Assembly (NCBI RefSeq): GCF_964204645.1
Contig: NC_134033.1
Location: forward strand, 10,052,655-10,116,654
DNA: 64,000 bases
Origin: Tubulanus polymorphus
Lineage: Eukaryota; Animalia; Nemertea
Direction: 5' to 3'
Position numbers and translations under genes: made by a program. Every line of letters starts with the position of its first letter. The stretch's first letter is position 1. Positions 1 through 10,767 of this stretch are shown one piece after another. The notes under the pieces are model-generated. The model did not search any database and was not told where the DNA came from. It saw only the letters and a list, made by a program, of their open reading frames with translations.

Positions 1-321
1 CGTAATGAGATTCCAGAGTGAAAGAGTGAAGAGTGAAATCATAAAATATATCCACCATTAGCCTCAGAACTTTAATCAAGTTATATTTTTTTCACATAAC
101 ATATTTCGATCGGTCGCATTAGGTGACTCTGAGTGATATACTGTGAAGGCCAAGTGAGTTGAAGGTCAAATACAAGAAGCCACGGCGTAGCAGTTAGAAT
201 ACATAAGTTGTGGCGACATTAAAACTGTTCTTACTAGAGCCGATATTTCACAGACAATGACAGCATGGAGTCAGCTACCCCTTTACAAAACTATAATAAT
301 TTTGAGAGAAATGTGAGAAGT

Positions 322-1110
322 TTATTTAGTTTCAGCGGCGTCGCGCACTGCCGGATTATTCTCGATGCCGCCGAGCAGTTCCTCGTTGCCGCCGAGGACG
401 GCCGCGTTATTCTCGACGCTACCGCAGTCGTCACACTCTTCATCCGTTATGTTCAAATCGCTCAGCAAGTTAGCGGATTCGAACCCAACCGTCGAATCGT
501 CCATCATCAAGTGACCGCCGGTCCTCTCCGTCTCGCTATCGATACCATACGTCACGGGATCACTCGACGATCGGTTGAGTTTCCCCTTTCCGTCGCTAGA
601 GGCGCTACTCTCCGTTGAAAGCGTCCTCTGGCGGATACGAGTGTTTTTCTGGCGTTCTTGACGAGTTTTATTGAGTTTCCAGTCAGTATACGCTACGTGA
701 AACGCTCTGGACAACTCGAGCGCTAACATATTCGCTTTTTCAGACGAACTACAGTAAACCGCGTAACACTGCATCTGCTGTTCAGCTTTATTATTATAGA
801 CCCATGAGAACAGTTTCGGGTGGATGTCAGTATCTGCACTGCAATAGGATATATATCGAATATCGAATTTATCAGTCATAGCGTGTTTCGAATGTTTCTC
901 GCGTAGAAATAAACCGCTTGTATTCACCGTTATGACAGCTTTACGAAGGCTGCGCTCATCAGTCGTCGCAAGCGAGTCGACTAACTTCTGGACGGGCAGC
1001 TTCGTACACCCCTTACCGCTACTGACTAATGTATCCGTGTATCCGAGAAATCGAACCTGGAATTCAGGATCGTCCTCGCTGAATATGATTGTACCGCGCC
1101 AGTTAAACAT
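322..1110 (-). CDS. FAM43A/B-like PTB (PID) domain protein, single coding exon
   Basis: 262-aa ORF. SEDDPEFQVRFLG..SGKGCT..V..L, ISYCSADTDIHPKLFSWVY and MQCYAVYCSSSEKANMLALEL parallel FAM43A (SEDPTYTVLYLG, GDGCT, VTYCVAD..LPKVFAWVY, LRCHAVLVSKPEKAQAMALLL). A possible 5'UTR acceptor (ttcaatctccAG) lies at 1548-1549 on -. Confidence 0.8.
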   Translation of the reverse strand: MFNWRGTIIFSEDDPEFQVRFLGYTDTLVSSGKGCTKLPVQKLVDSLATTDERSLRKAVITVNTSGLFLREKHSKHAMTDKFDIRYISYCSADTDIHPKLFSWVYNNKAEQQMQCYAVYCSSSEKANMLALELSRAFHVAYTDWKLNKTRQERQKNTRIRQRTLSTESSASSDGKGKLNRSSSDPVTYGIDSETERTGGHLMMDDSTVGFESANLLSDLNITDEECDDCGSVENNAAVLGGNEELLGGIENNPAVRDAAETK

Positions 1111-1149
1111 GTCATCCCAGTTTTCGCGCGATTCGCAAATAGAGGGTTA

Positions 1150-1362
1150 ACTACTCGTATTTAATGTCTTAACTCCAAGATGTACTCGTGAACCCTAAAG
1201 TGTACTCGTATGAAATCTAAGTTGTGTTCGTATCACCTTACGGTCTTCTCGTACGAACAAAAAGCGTGTACCCGCATGAAGTGTGTCTTGTATGAACTCT
1301 AAGGTGTCTCGTATGAACCCATAAAGATTTCTCGTAACTGAAAGGTGTACTCGTACGAAGTC
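1150..1362. repeat. Degenerate ~21-22 bp tandem repeat (tgtactcgtatgaaccctaaag-like) in the probable 5'UTR of the FAM43-like gene
   Basis: About 9-10 recurring tgtactcgta/tctcgtatgaa units. Confidence 0.65.
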
Positions 1363-2608
1363 TGAGAGCTATAATGAGCCTTCTATATCCATGTAACCAG
1401 GACTATTCATTCTGAAATCAGAACCCGCATCAGAATGATCGAGTTTCGTATGTGTCGCGTGGTTGTAATGATGTTCGTTGTCACGCGGAGACGTCTGGTG
1501 GGACAGGTAACCGGTATGAGTTGGGTGGGTTTCCGGTGTCACTTGACCTGGAGATTGAAAATTATATTATGAATGCCACTGCCGTTTTGAGAGAGCTCTT
1601 CTTTTAATAGGCCTATTCTATATTATTGTAGCCATTACAAACACTTGAAGATGAATGAATTTATGTTATCGAACCATTGCAAGGTGTACCCATACGAGTT
1701 ATGTATAAATTTTACCTTAAAGTCTTTCAAAGAAACAGTTAATAGAGGCAGTAATATGCTCAGATATTTTTGCTGAATATATACATCGAAATCTTATCAA
1801 ATTTCCAATACATGCGTACATCAGTTTCTAAACTCAATATAAACACAACACTCTTCCCAAAACCCAGGATCAGGAGTGGTCCTAACATCAGACAATTCAT
1901 GACACATTGTCTATCCGCGTTGTAACGATAATATGTAGTCGCAGGAATAGAAACAGAGTCCAGGATAGGTCTACTTATAATTCCTGACGATGAAAGTAAG
2001 GAAACTAGTCGAAAATAAACCAATAACTGAAGGAAACATTCTTGCTCGCTGCTTATTGTAGGATTATATATATCATAATTTTGGAAAAGAGTTCTGCTTA
2101 TATCTTACTTATATTCTGAATATAGCGTATATAATGTTCACTAATCACTATATTGTGTTGTGTATCGTTACCTCTGATACCCTTCATATATGAATTCATT
2201 CCCAGGGAAATTAATTGATAATTTCCATCTGTACAAAAGGCTCTAAACCATTGGTATCGATTTGAAGTGAAATTTATACCTCGAGCAGAGAAGGCTTTCA
2301 TTGCGTGTATTACTGAGTATATGCGGTTTGAAGTGGCCATACATACGTAGTGTAACATTACACAGCGTGGATATGTTAAACATCTAATATCTTACAAATT
2401 CAGCCTTAAAACCGGTGAAATTACTTAATTAAAGTGTGAAAATGTAAAAATGGAAAAGTGAAATAAGTCGCCAATAACCGTTTCTATAGTACATGGGCTC
2501 AAAATAAGGATTTTAAGCGCAGACATAAGAATTGTCGGATTGACCTCAATCTCCCCTACCATATAATAGATACGTGCATCATACTTTAGGCTTGGCTTTC
2601 GTTACAAT

Positions 2609-2729
2609 GAGGCGGATCCAGGGGTGTTTCTAGGGTTCCAGAACACCGTCGAGACTTGTCAGATCTTTGAAAAGATAAGTGCCCTTTAAATTAAGGAACA
2701 CCTTCAAGATATAGCGCTGGATCCGCCCC
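2609..2729. mobile_element. Short MITE, PIF/Harbinger-like termini
   Basis: TIRs GAGGCGGATCCAG (2609-2621) and CTGGATCCGCCCC (2717-2729); TSD not clean. Confidence 0.55.
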
Positions 2730-3322
2730 AAATTTCTAAAACCTTAACCACAAAAATAGCAGTTCGAATAGTGTTGAGGATAGAATAGTATTGATGATAA
2801 GATACAAGTTTTACCGATTCACTTATCCTTAAATATTTCTCTAGCCACAGTACACACGTTACGTCGACAAATTGAGCCGATAGAGGGAGTTATCCGAATC
2901 ATTATAGCGTAGTATGGTAGTGTTATTGCGAGAGGTAGTGAATATCCCATGTGTTCCCGCACGAACGCTTAATGACGCATTGACACGCACCAGATGCTGC
3001 TCGTGGGACGCGACTGATATGCACGTAAATACGTATCATATACACCAGCAGCTGCAGACCATAAAAATCGACAATAACGACACTCTGCGGCGATGCACGC
3101 GTACTTATAATGTGTGGTTTTTATATTTCGGCAGTGTTATAATGCAAAAATGTTTTGTATAAACTAGAAAAAGCGTTTAAACTCTTGCGTTTCTAGGATT
3201 CGAACCCACCAACCACCTAGAAGCACGGATTCGATGACGCATGTACACTCGAAAAGCTTCGCGAAAAGGAACCCACCGATTACTAACAACAGAACGGATT
3301 TCGCACAAATAGAAAAAAATAA

Positions 3323-3328
3323 TTTATT
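3323..3328 (-). terminator. Polyadenylation signal of the cyclase-family hydrolase gene
   Basis: AATAAA on - about 75 nt downstream of the stop codon at 3401. Confidence 0.5.
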
Positions 3329-3400
3329 CAAAATTTGGTGCATGTTTTTTCACGCATAGTCAAACTACGACTTACAAGATAATCAAAAGTATAACGAATT

Positions 3401-3811
3401 TTACAAACTGACAATAACTAACAAGGTAATGAATAATACAATAGGGTGCGCTGCAATTGCAGTTACACTACCTGTTAGATCACAACGGCCGTTCAGTGCA
3501 ACGATCCGCACGGGGGCGCCACTGCCTCCTCGTATCTTAATTGGCATGACGACGGCTACAGCTCCAGATTCCCGAACCAGTTTCAGATTAGCCACGTTCT
3601 CTAGACCGTACACGTTATACGAGCCGGTTTTAACGTGTACTGGGAATAGAGTACTGGATCCCGGGTCCAGTGAGGGCGTGTCAACACCGATACCGAATGG
3701 CAAACGATTCTTCAACAGCCAATCAATAGCCTCGATACTCCATCCGGGATAACGAAGTTTGGACGTTCCGTCTTGCGCTTTCCAGTTTGTTACATCCGTA
3801 TCACCGAACGT
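3401..3811 (-). CDS. Cyclase-family hydrolase (KynB/isatin hydrolase-like), exon 3 (last)
   Basis: Acceptor tttcggtAG at 3812-3813, phase 0. Encodes YPGWSIEAIDWLL..GIGVDTPSLD..GLENVANL..PIKIRGGSGAPVRIVA (cyclase family C-terminal motifs), then the hydrophobic tail AHPIVLFITLLVIVSL*. Confidence 0.9.
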   Translation of the reverse strand, partial: TFGDTDVTNWKAQDGTSKLRYPGWSIEAIDWLLKNRLPFGIGVDTPSLDPGSSTLFPVHVKTGSYNVYGLENVANLKLVRESGAVAVVMPIKIRGGSGAPVRIVALNGRCDLTGSVTAIAAHPIVLFITLLVIVSL

Positions 3812-3989
3812 CTACCGAAAATACAACATATTCAAATACCCAAGATATAAAAATACTCAAAGATATTAATATATAATAAGATATAATAGAGGCAGAATAT
3901 TAAAACATTTACAAGTTCTCATTAAGACGGTACAGAATGAAATAATGATGCAGCTTTATGGAAAAAAGACCATTAGGTCTCTTCTAATA

Positions 3990-5232
3990 CTTCTATTCAG
4001 ATGATTTGAATGTTTGCCGCCACCACTAGGTGCGCTAGTGTTCGGTCACCTAGGTCAAAGGGGAAATGAGAAGAAAATCGTCCGAAATCGACAGTGTGAG
4101 TAGAATTTAACGAAATTAACGAACTGTAAACCATAAAGAGCCACCGGTCACTGAAGATTGAAGTATTTAAATTATTTAATTTATTTTTCAGTACATGATG
4201 TGTAGCAGCCAGAAAAGATTCCACAACAAATTGTCTGTGGTCTAAACGAGCCGTTTATTTACGCAACATACCAAGCTGTTTCTATAAAAAATACAAAGAA
4301 TGAATGCTCTAAATGACAATCAGAAATTGCCTATAATGAAAAAGCTTCAATGTTCGAAATAATTGAATTCTAGATTCTCAAATATATAAGGAAAATGAGC
4401 CATTAATTTACAATGAGTGAATAGTGAATACGGTCGAAAATATAAAACTTACAGAACGGTTGAGACATAAATCTAACGAATCAAGGAAAAAACAGCCACC
4501 AGCTACACGTCAGATCACAAGACTCAATATCAACTGCCCGGACAGTGACCGGAAGCATAACAAAGAAATAAAATTTTTATCAATGATAGCGGCGCAAAAT
4601 ACAGTAAATAGGGCGCCACAATTTGAATTCTGAAACTACTATTGAACGAGAGAAAAATCGTTTACAGATTGAACAACACGAATGTACTGTTATATGCCTT
4701 TGATTCCTCAAAAAATTACATTAAATAAGATAAATCAGCAATGCAATAACAAGACAATGATGGCAGCACTATACGGTCATTATTATCAGATATTTTGTAT
4801 ATCGGGTCGCACTAACCGAATTAGTGCCCGCAGTCAAATTATTCAGTATATTGGAACTGTCATATCCGTATTATCATAAATATATAAATTATTATCATAA
4901 ACTTTTGATTTAGGTCCTTTCATATTCTATCACGAAGCTGCGGCAAGCGAGTATACGTGTTGCATAGATTATCATGTGATTGATTAGACTTCTCCGATAA
5001 AATTGTCAAATAGAGCTACGAAACCAATTCAAAATATAGTTTTGATCATCTCCAAAAAAAATAAAACACTGGAACCTTCTAGAATTTGGAGTTTGCAAGA
5101 GAAGGGGATCTCTGTCTAGATGTAGTTCTAGGAAAGTCACCCACAATTCAATGCATTTTGCCTTTGAGGTAGGTTACCCAACACTAGCGCCGCTAACGGC
5201 GGTGGCTAACATTGAAATCATCTGAATAGAAG
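3990..5232. mobile_element. Non-autonomous DNA transposon (~1.24 kb) with ~80-bp imperfect TIRs and TA target duplication (Tc1/mariner-type)
   Basis: Left CTTCTATTCAGATGATTTGAATGTTTGCCGCCACC..GCGCTAGTGTTCGGTCACCTAGGTCAAAGG matches the reverse complement of 5150-5232. TA on both sides, in a palindromic taaTAtta context; no transposase ORF. Confidence 0.75.
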
Positions 5233-5631
5233 TATTACTTTGGGTACGGATCCGTCTCCCGAAATTCTGCAAAAATCATCGAATCGAAAAAAACTAATTT
5301 TTCTAGTTGTTCGTGTGTTTATCGAAGTTTTTCAAAACCTTTTTGTTATGTCCGGTTTTCTTTCAATCTGGTCACTTCCAGAATTCATGGTTATCTTAAT
5401 TCATCCCAACTTTCACTTCTTTTTAATTTGTTCTGCAGCCCTTCCAAGGTACCGATATTCTAATTTTTTCCCTGTTCCCTTTCATTTTAAAACGCCGATT
5501 ATGAAAAAGATTCTTATTTTCATTATTTTTCACTCCCTATTTTTCTTGAAAAATCCGTACTTCGGGTTATTAAAAAGGCCTTACGACACTTCCTATTACA
5601 CAGGGGCCAGTCGATAGTTGAGGCTTGAGTC

Positions 5632-5920
5632 AGAGTGACCCTAAATCTTAAGACCGGTCGCAAGTTATAAGATCGGTTATAGATTGAACCAAGATGAGCT
5701 TAGGCTGGTCTTAGATTGTTTGTTCAGATTGCTTGAGCTTAGGAATGATGTAGAATTGTTAGATTTATTATAGAATCAAATTGAGCTCAGACTGGTCCTA
5801 AAGTTAGATTGGCTTTAAAACCAAAATAAGCTTACACTGGTTTTAAGTTGTTGGATTGGCTATAGAACCAAAATGAGCTTGACTGGTCTTGACTTGTAAG
5901 ATTGGCTGTAGAACCAAAAT
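5632..5920. repeat. Degenerate ~46-bp tandem repeat
   Basis: About 6 units of agattggctatagaaccaaaatgagcttagactggtctt-like sequence. Confidence 0.7.
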
Positions 5921-6136
5921 GGAACCGGCCTTTGGTTTGAGGGAGAAGGATGGAGGCAAGGATTCAGGGGAAGTGTTGCTGAAAAAGATTTGCGACAACC
6001 TCATTCAACCACTGGTCAATGTCGAAATGGCCTCATTGGCTTCGGTATACTAGTTGCAAGTTCAAAACGGGCCCCCTGTTCGGATCAATCAAAGTTTGAT
6101 CTCTTTGTATTTGTTGTTTGGGGGGGGGGGGGTTAC

Positions 6137-6419
6137 CTTTAGTCGATCAGGCCAAAAGTCTGCCCAACCAGAATCCATAATCACGATTGAGCCTTTCTTT
6201 ATCTGACCGTGTTTCCGTTCCCAGTTTAGTAGATCGTCCACAGTGACGGCCACGTTTGGGTTTTCAGCAGCTCTGCGAGTGATATCGATTTTCACGAGTG
6301 GTCCAATCAGTCTATCTACCGGTATCTCGTGCACCCGCCACGCGTCTTTGTAAAAGTGAGCCGGTGAGTCTAAGTGAGTTCCCAGGTGTTCGGGTGACGA
6401 GAAAGTATTTGACTCGTAC
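6137..6419 (-). CDS. Cyclase-family hydrolase, exon 2
   Basis: Acceptor gtAG at 6420-6421 (phase 2), donor GTAACC at 6136 (phase 0). Contains the metal-binding signature EHLGTHLDSPAH (HxGTHxDxPxH) and GSIVIMDSGW. Confidence 0.92.
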
Positions 6420-6505
6420 CTACATACAATACACAATACGCAAAACAAAATACAATACACAATACGCAATACACAGCATGCAATACAAAATGATCAGCTC
6501 CATCA

Positions 6506-6580
6506 TCTGGGGTTAATTTTGTTTCTATTTATTCCCAAATCATCACTATTTTTAGATTTTATAGTCTTTTCACCTCCCAT
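6506..6580 (-). pseudogene. Truncated gene start, possibly the Polinton major capsid N-terminus (MGGEKTIKSKNSDDLGINRNKINP)
   Basis: TATAAATGGGAG start motif shared with the other relic genes; NKINP recalls the G.KLNP start of invertebrate Polinton MCPs. Confidence 0.35.
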
Positions 6581-6784
6581 TTATATAACAAAAAAGATAG
6601 TTGTTACAACTAAAATTTAACTAGAATGTTACTAAAAATATACTAGATTTAACAGGCTAGTTGAATTATTATTGTTTTTATTTATTTTTTGTTGAATTGT
6701 ATTTGATTTTTGTTGCAACTACCAACAACAAAAATTTAACTAGAATGTGACTAAAATATACTGGATTAACAAGCTAGTTGAGTT

Positions 6785-7165
6785 GAATTCATATTTAAAT
6801 GGGTGTTGTTATCTAAATAATAATTTTGATCTGTTATTATTTTTCAATTTATCCATGTATTCATTATATAAATCATGTGGAATAATATCATTTTCCTCAA
6901 GTGCATTTTTCATTGATTTTCTATCTTTATTATAGAATAATACTAAAAATCAAATGTTTTCTCTACAATCTTTGACAATTGAATTATATTTTTGATTTAA
7001 AACCCACGTTGTTATTCCAAAATGTCTATATCAGAAAAAGCTAAATAACATAATTCACTTTCACTAATTTTTGAATCACTATCATCTATAATAAGGAATG
7101 TATTTGTTCCTTTATAAATATCAATTGCTATTTTAATACAATTATCTAAATTGTCTTTAACTGTT
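6785..7165 (-). pseudogene. Polinton A32/FtsK-like DNA packaging ATPase, C-terminal half
   Basis: Manual translation KGTNTFLIIDD (Walker B)..ELCYLAFS/RHFGITTWVLNQKYNSIVKDCRENI*FLVLFY..LKNNNRSKLLFR*QHPFKY, with one frameshift and two stops. RH..I..W.L.Q and REN motifs are typical of this ATPase family. Confidence 0.75.
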
Positions 7166-7199
7166 TATTATTTGATTTATCTTATTTACTTGGCACCAT

Positions 7200-7298
7200 A
7201 TATTTTTTTACAGAAGAATAGGCTACTGAACTCTCAGGATTATAATATGAATTTCTTAAATATTGTACTTTAGGATTAAGAGAGTTTTTATCTCCCAT
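7200..7298 (-). pseudogene. Polinton retroviral-like integrase, N-terminal fragment
   Basis: MGDKNSLNPKVQYLRNSYYNPESSVAYSSVKK resembles the L..IYY.P..P..(F/Y)S...KLY start of Polinton integrases. Confidence 0.55.
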
Positions 7299-7328
7299 TT
7301 ATATGTCATTAATATTATTTTTATATTA

Positions 7329-7660
7329 TCAATATTGAATACTATGTAATTGTGGATTTGTTATACTTAATCAGCATCAGAATGTACATAAATATGCATT
7401 TTATAATTATCGACTCCTTTTTTCTTTTTCATGAATAATTCTATTCCATCTTTTGTATTTTGTAATTTTTTCCCAGAACCATGTAATAAGTCATCACCAG
7501 TTGTTCAAATTTATTGCCAGTATAATAATCAATTTGATTGATATTACAATTTTCAGATGATTTTTATTTTTTTTGTTTTTTAATTTCTACCCATTGATCT
7601 ATCATTCTCATTCCTTGGCTAAATATTCTATTTGCTATACCTTCAATTACTTTTACTTTG
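7329..7660 (-). pseudogene. Polinton/adintovirus double-jelly-roll major capsid protein, C-terminal fragment
   Basis: KVKVIEGIANRIFSQGMRMIDQWVEIKK / NINQIDYYTGNKF / TTGDDLLHGSGKKLQNTKDGIEL / MHIYVHSDA / LSITNPQLHSIQY* across frameshifts. Matches the recalled invertebrate MCP pattern EG.PN.L(Y/F)SQGMR..QW.E, D..LHGSG....N..DG and SDA..NI...L.S.QY. Confidence 0.72.
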
Positions 7661-7776
7661 TAAGTCTTTCTAGAATCAACATATATTCTATATTCTTTTA
7701 ATTTTACCATTTATTGCTTTAGAAAATTACCTCGAACCCCACAGAAAATAATTTCAATGAAATTTGTCCTAAATAC

Positions 7777-7875
7777 ATGGTTAAGAAGATAGAGTGTGAA
7801 ATTTGCAATGAATTACAAAGTAATATGGCAAGACATATGAAAAAACATGATGAAAATTATAAACCCCCTAATTAG
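7777..7875 (+). pseudogene. Short C2H2 zinc-finger ORF inside the Polinton relic
   Basis: MVKKIECEICNELQSNMARHMKKHDENYKPPN*. Confidence 0.4.
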
Positions 7876-8007
7876 TAATGTTTCTAAAATTTCAATCGCA
7901 TCTTTTATTTCTAGCAAATCAATATAATTTCTAACATTTTCCATATAAGGTTTATTTGAAATAGATTTTTTTACTTGAGATTTATCATCAAGATATTCTG
8001 TATTATT

Positions 8008-8304
8008 TTAACTGAAATTTTGTTGATGTTTTTGTGATTCAAGATGTCTATCATAATTCCTTTTACTTATAAATTCATTACAAACATCACCTTTAATTTC
8101 ATCTTTTTTTTTCATATTTTCTAATTGTTCTTTTCTTTCATTGGGATTTTCTGGTATCTCAAAATCAATAACATTATTTTTATGATTTGCAGATTTTTCA
8201 TGATGAGATTTATTAGATTTATCAATGTATTTTTTACAACATGTACAATAATATTGATTTTTATTAACATCATTTTTTCTTGTTTGGTGTTCACTCTCTC
8301 CCAT
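8008..8304 (-). pseudogene. Zinc-finger ORF (C2H2, jaz/U1-type spacing) of the Polinton relic
   Basis: YYCTCCKKYIDKSNKSHHEKSANH and a degenerate second finger DVCNEFISKRNYDRHLESQKH; start TATAAAATGGGAG. Confidence 0.55.
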
Positions 8305-8423
8305 TTTATAAGTAAAATTAAAAAGTGTGATGAGTCATACTCTCGTACCCTGACCTGAAACCCTGATTTTGCAATTACTTCTACTGTATCTCAACAGCAA
8401 ACGTCGACTATTACAATACGTAC

Positions 8424-8635
8424 CAGTAATTGGGGAATTGTTCTCTAACACCGATCAAAAACTGGAAATAGGGATTTGTCGGAAATTGCAGAGAATCATT
8501 GGACAGCTCGTGCGTTAAATCGACCATGTTACATTTGTGCGTAGAGGAGACGACGCCGCTGACTGGAGCCGACCACATCAACCATAACACGCTGACAACT
8601 ACACCTTGCATGATATTAGCCGTCATTTTTACCAA
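8424..8635 (-). CDS. Cyclase-family hydrolase, exon 1 (signal peptide)
   Basis: Hydrophobic GVVVSVLWLMWSAPVSG followed by MVDLTHEL (family N-terminal VDLT/SH motif). Donor TG/GTACGT at 8423, phase 2, joins exon 2 as NYW-YESN. The true start may be a downstream ATG. Confidence 0.85.
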
Positions 8636-8844
8636 GTCACAATCTTCTCTCGACTGTTTCGGTCGCCGTTATTCTACTGGTAAATTCGGTCTGTTCTTAT
8701 ACCGAATTTTCACACCTGACCCTTATGGAAAACAAGTTTAATTGTTAATGTTTGAGACGCATTTATAGCACCAGTACCGACAAAATGTAATCCGTCAACC
8801 CTTTATCTAGTTACCACGCATCGATAGAGCCTTCAAGTAGAGAA

Positions 8845-8968
<124 letters not shown>

Positions 8969-10767
8969 CCCCTCCAGCGAATTGCATGATATTATGCTTA
9001 AATTGTGGGACTACCATTGTTCGAACATCGCCGAATCGCTGAAACGCTGATTATAATATCAATTTTGCTGATCCATAGAATTTATTCCTAAACACGCTGA
9101 ATCCATGTCACCCTATCGCATAAAAAAACGTATATTATTTGGTCGCTTCATTGATAAATAGTGTTACATTCGTTAAAAATTCAGTTGGACTACGGTAACG
9201 GACGTATTTTGCAGAGAGCGGTAATGGCTTTCGGCAAACGTCATCGGTACTTCGATGTAGTCCAGCTTTAGTAGGGATTCGCCCTGGGAACCCGAGGTTC
9301 AGATATGCTAGAAAAATATACAAAAAATCATGACGATTCATTAAATCCCGGTGATTCTTAGAAGAATGGATTGGCACGTTTTTCTTTTTAAGGAAGTGGC
9401 GCTGTGGTGAGCTCGAATACATATAGTAAGCTCCACTATTAGATTCCCCAGGCGGAGGCGAATTGAGGTCACCTGCGTCTCTGTAGAAAAACAAGCAACA
9501 GCCAATGGAGCATCGCAGTAATCTCTACTATTAGATTCCCCGCGAGGTCACCCGCGTCTCTGTAGGCAGAGAGATGAATTGAGGACAATGGACTGTCATT
9601 GTTCAAGTTCAAGTTCAAATTTGTTAGCAAATTGTTGTGCTCCCTTGCTTGTATAGTGTTTATGCCTCTGTAATTAAGCCTTTGTTATATATCAATTATT
9701 CCCCAGCCTGGGGCTGCTTCTACAGTACTCTACTAATTGCTCACTCGGTGACTATTTTTGTTTATTTTACGTGTTAATTAGTGCTAATAAGTGTCACCAC
9801 CTCTAAGATTGAAATTATATAATAATGACTCAGCCACTTGACCTCAACTCAGTTGTAAACCAAATTGATTTAGCTGCATCTCAAAATGATATCAACGATG
9901 ACATTTTCAATTTTACGCCCTCTCCTTATTATGAATTAGATGCCTTAATTGATACCATTGAACTCCAGAAAAAAATCATGAGGAACCAGTAACCTTAAAA
10001 TTTTGAATTGGAACTGCAACGGTTTAAGAAGTAAACTTGAGGACTTATCAACTTTCTTATATTTGCTCCAATCTAAGTGCAACTTTCATTTTGATGTTGT
10101 TTCTCTTCAAGAGACCAAATTAGATTCCGAAATGACTTCTGCCATTAATTTAGATTCATACAATTTTGAAGCCTTCTGTCGTAATGCTCATGGAGGTGGG
10201 ATAGGTCTTTTTATATGTAGGAACCTTCAATACTCTATAATGAATGATTTAACATCCTGCAAGGATGATATCTTCCAGTGGAAATTCGTGAAAGTTTGGA
10301 GAAGTAAATTCAGAAAAGATTATAAGATCATTGGCTCAGTGTATACCCCCGAATAGCAACTTATCTGACTTCATTACTAAATTTAAACAAACTCTCACAA
10401 AATTAAAAAACAAAAATCAGGAAATGATTATCTGCGGTGACTTCAATATAGATCTTCTTAAGTGTAATGAGGAAAACTATAGTTCCCAATTCTTTGAATT
10501 GATGGTTGGAAATTCCTTCAAACCCCTTATCACTCTTCCAACGAGAGTTGAACTCTTCGAACAAGTCGAACTCTTTCTCTTTAAAAAATATCGCAATAAA
10601 CTCAATGAGATAATTAAACTTTCGAAGAAACTCCATTTTCAAAAAGCACTTTCTCTTTCAAATGGGAATATTTAAAAAACCTGGAACATTCTCAAAACTA
10701 TCATCGGTAAAACTAACAATAAGTCTGACATTATCCACACCTTCAACATTAACAATGAAGAGATCTC

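Larger units (their letters stand above)
6500..8385 (-). mobile_element. Degenerate, internally deleted Polinton/Maverick (adintovirus-like) element in intron 1
   Basis: Very AT-rich block containing fragments of major capsid protein, integrase N-terminus, packaging ATPase and zinc-finger ORFs. One Polinton-like terminus AGTAGAAGT at 8385 on -; no second terminus or TSD found. Confidence 0.75.

Noticed and set aside
3185-3245. tRNA gene or SINE (GGTTCGAATCC on -; a similar motif at about 63709)
   Set aside because: Only a B-box is visible, with no A-box, cloverleaf or tail that I can support
5226-5617. Helentron-like element bounded by AATAGAAGT/ACTTCCTATT, and the 125-aa ORF
   Set aside because: The left motif is the TIR of the 3990-5232 transposon, and the ORF is T-rich with no recognisable domain
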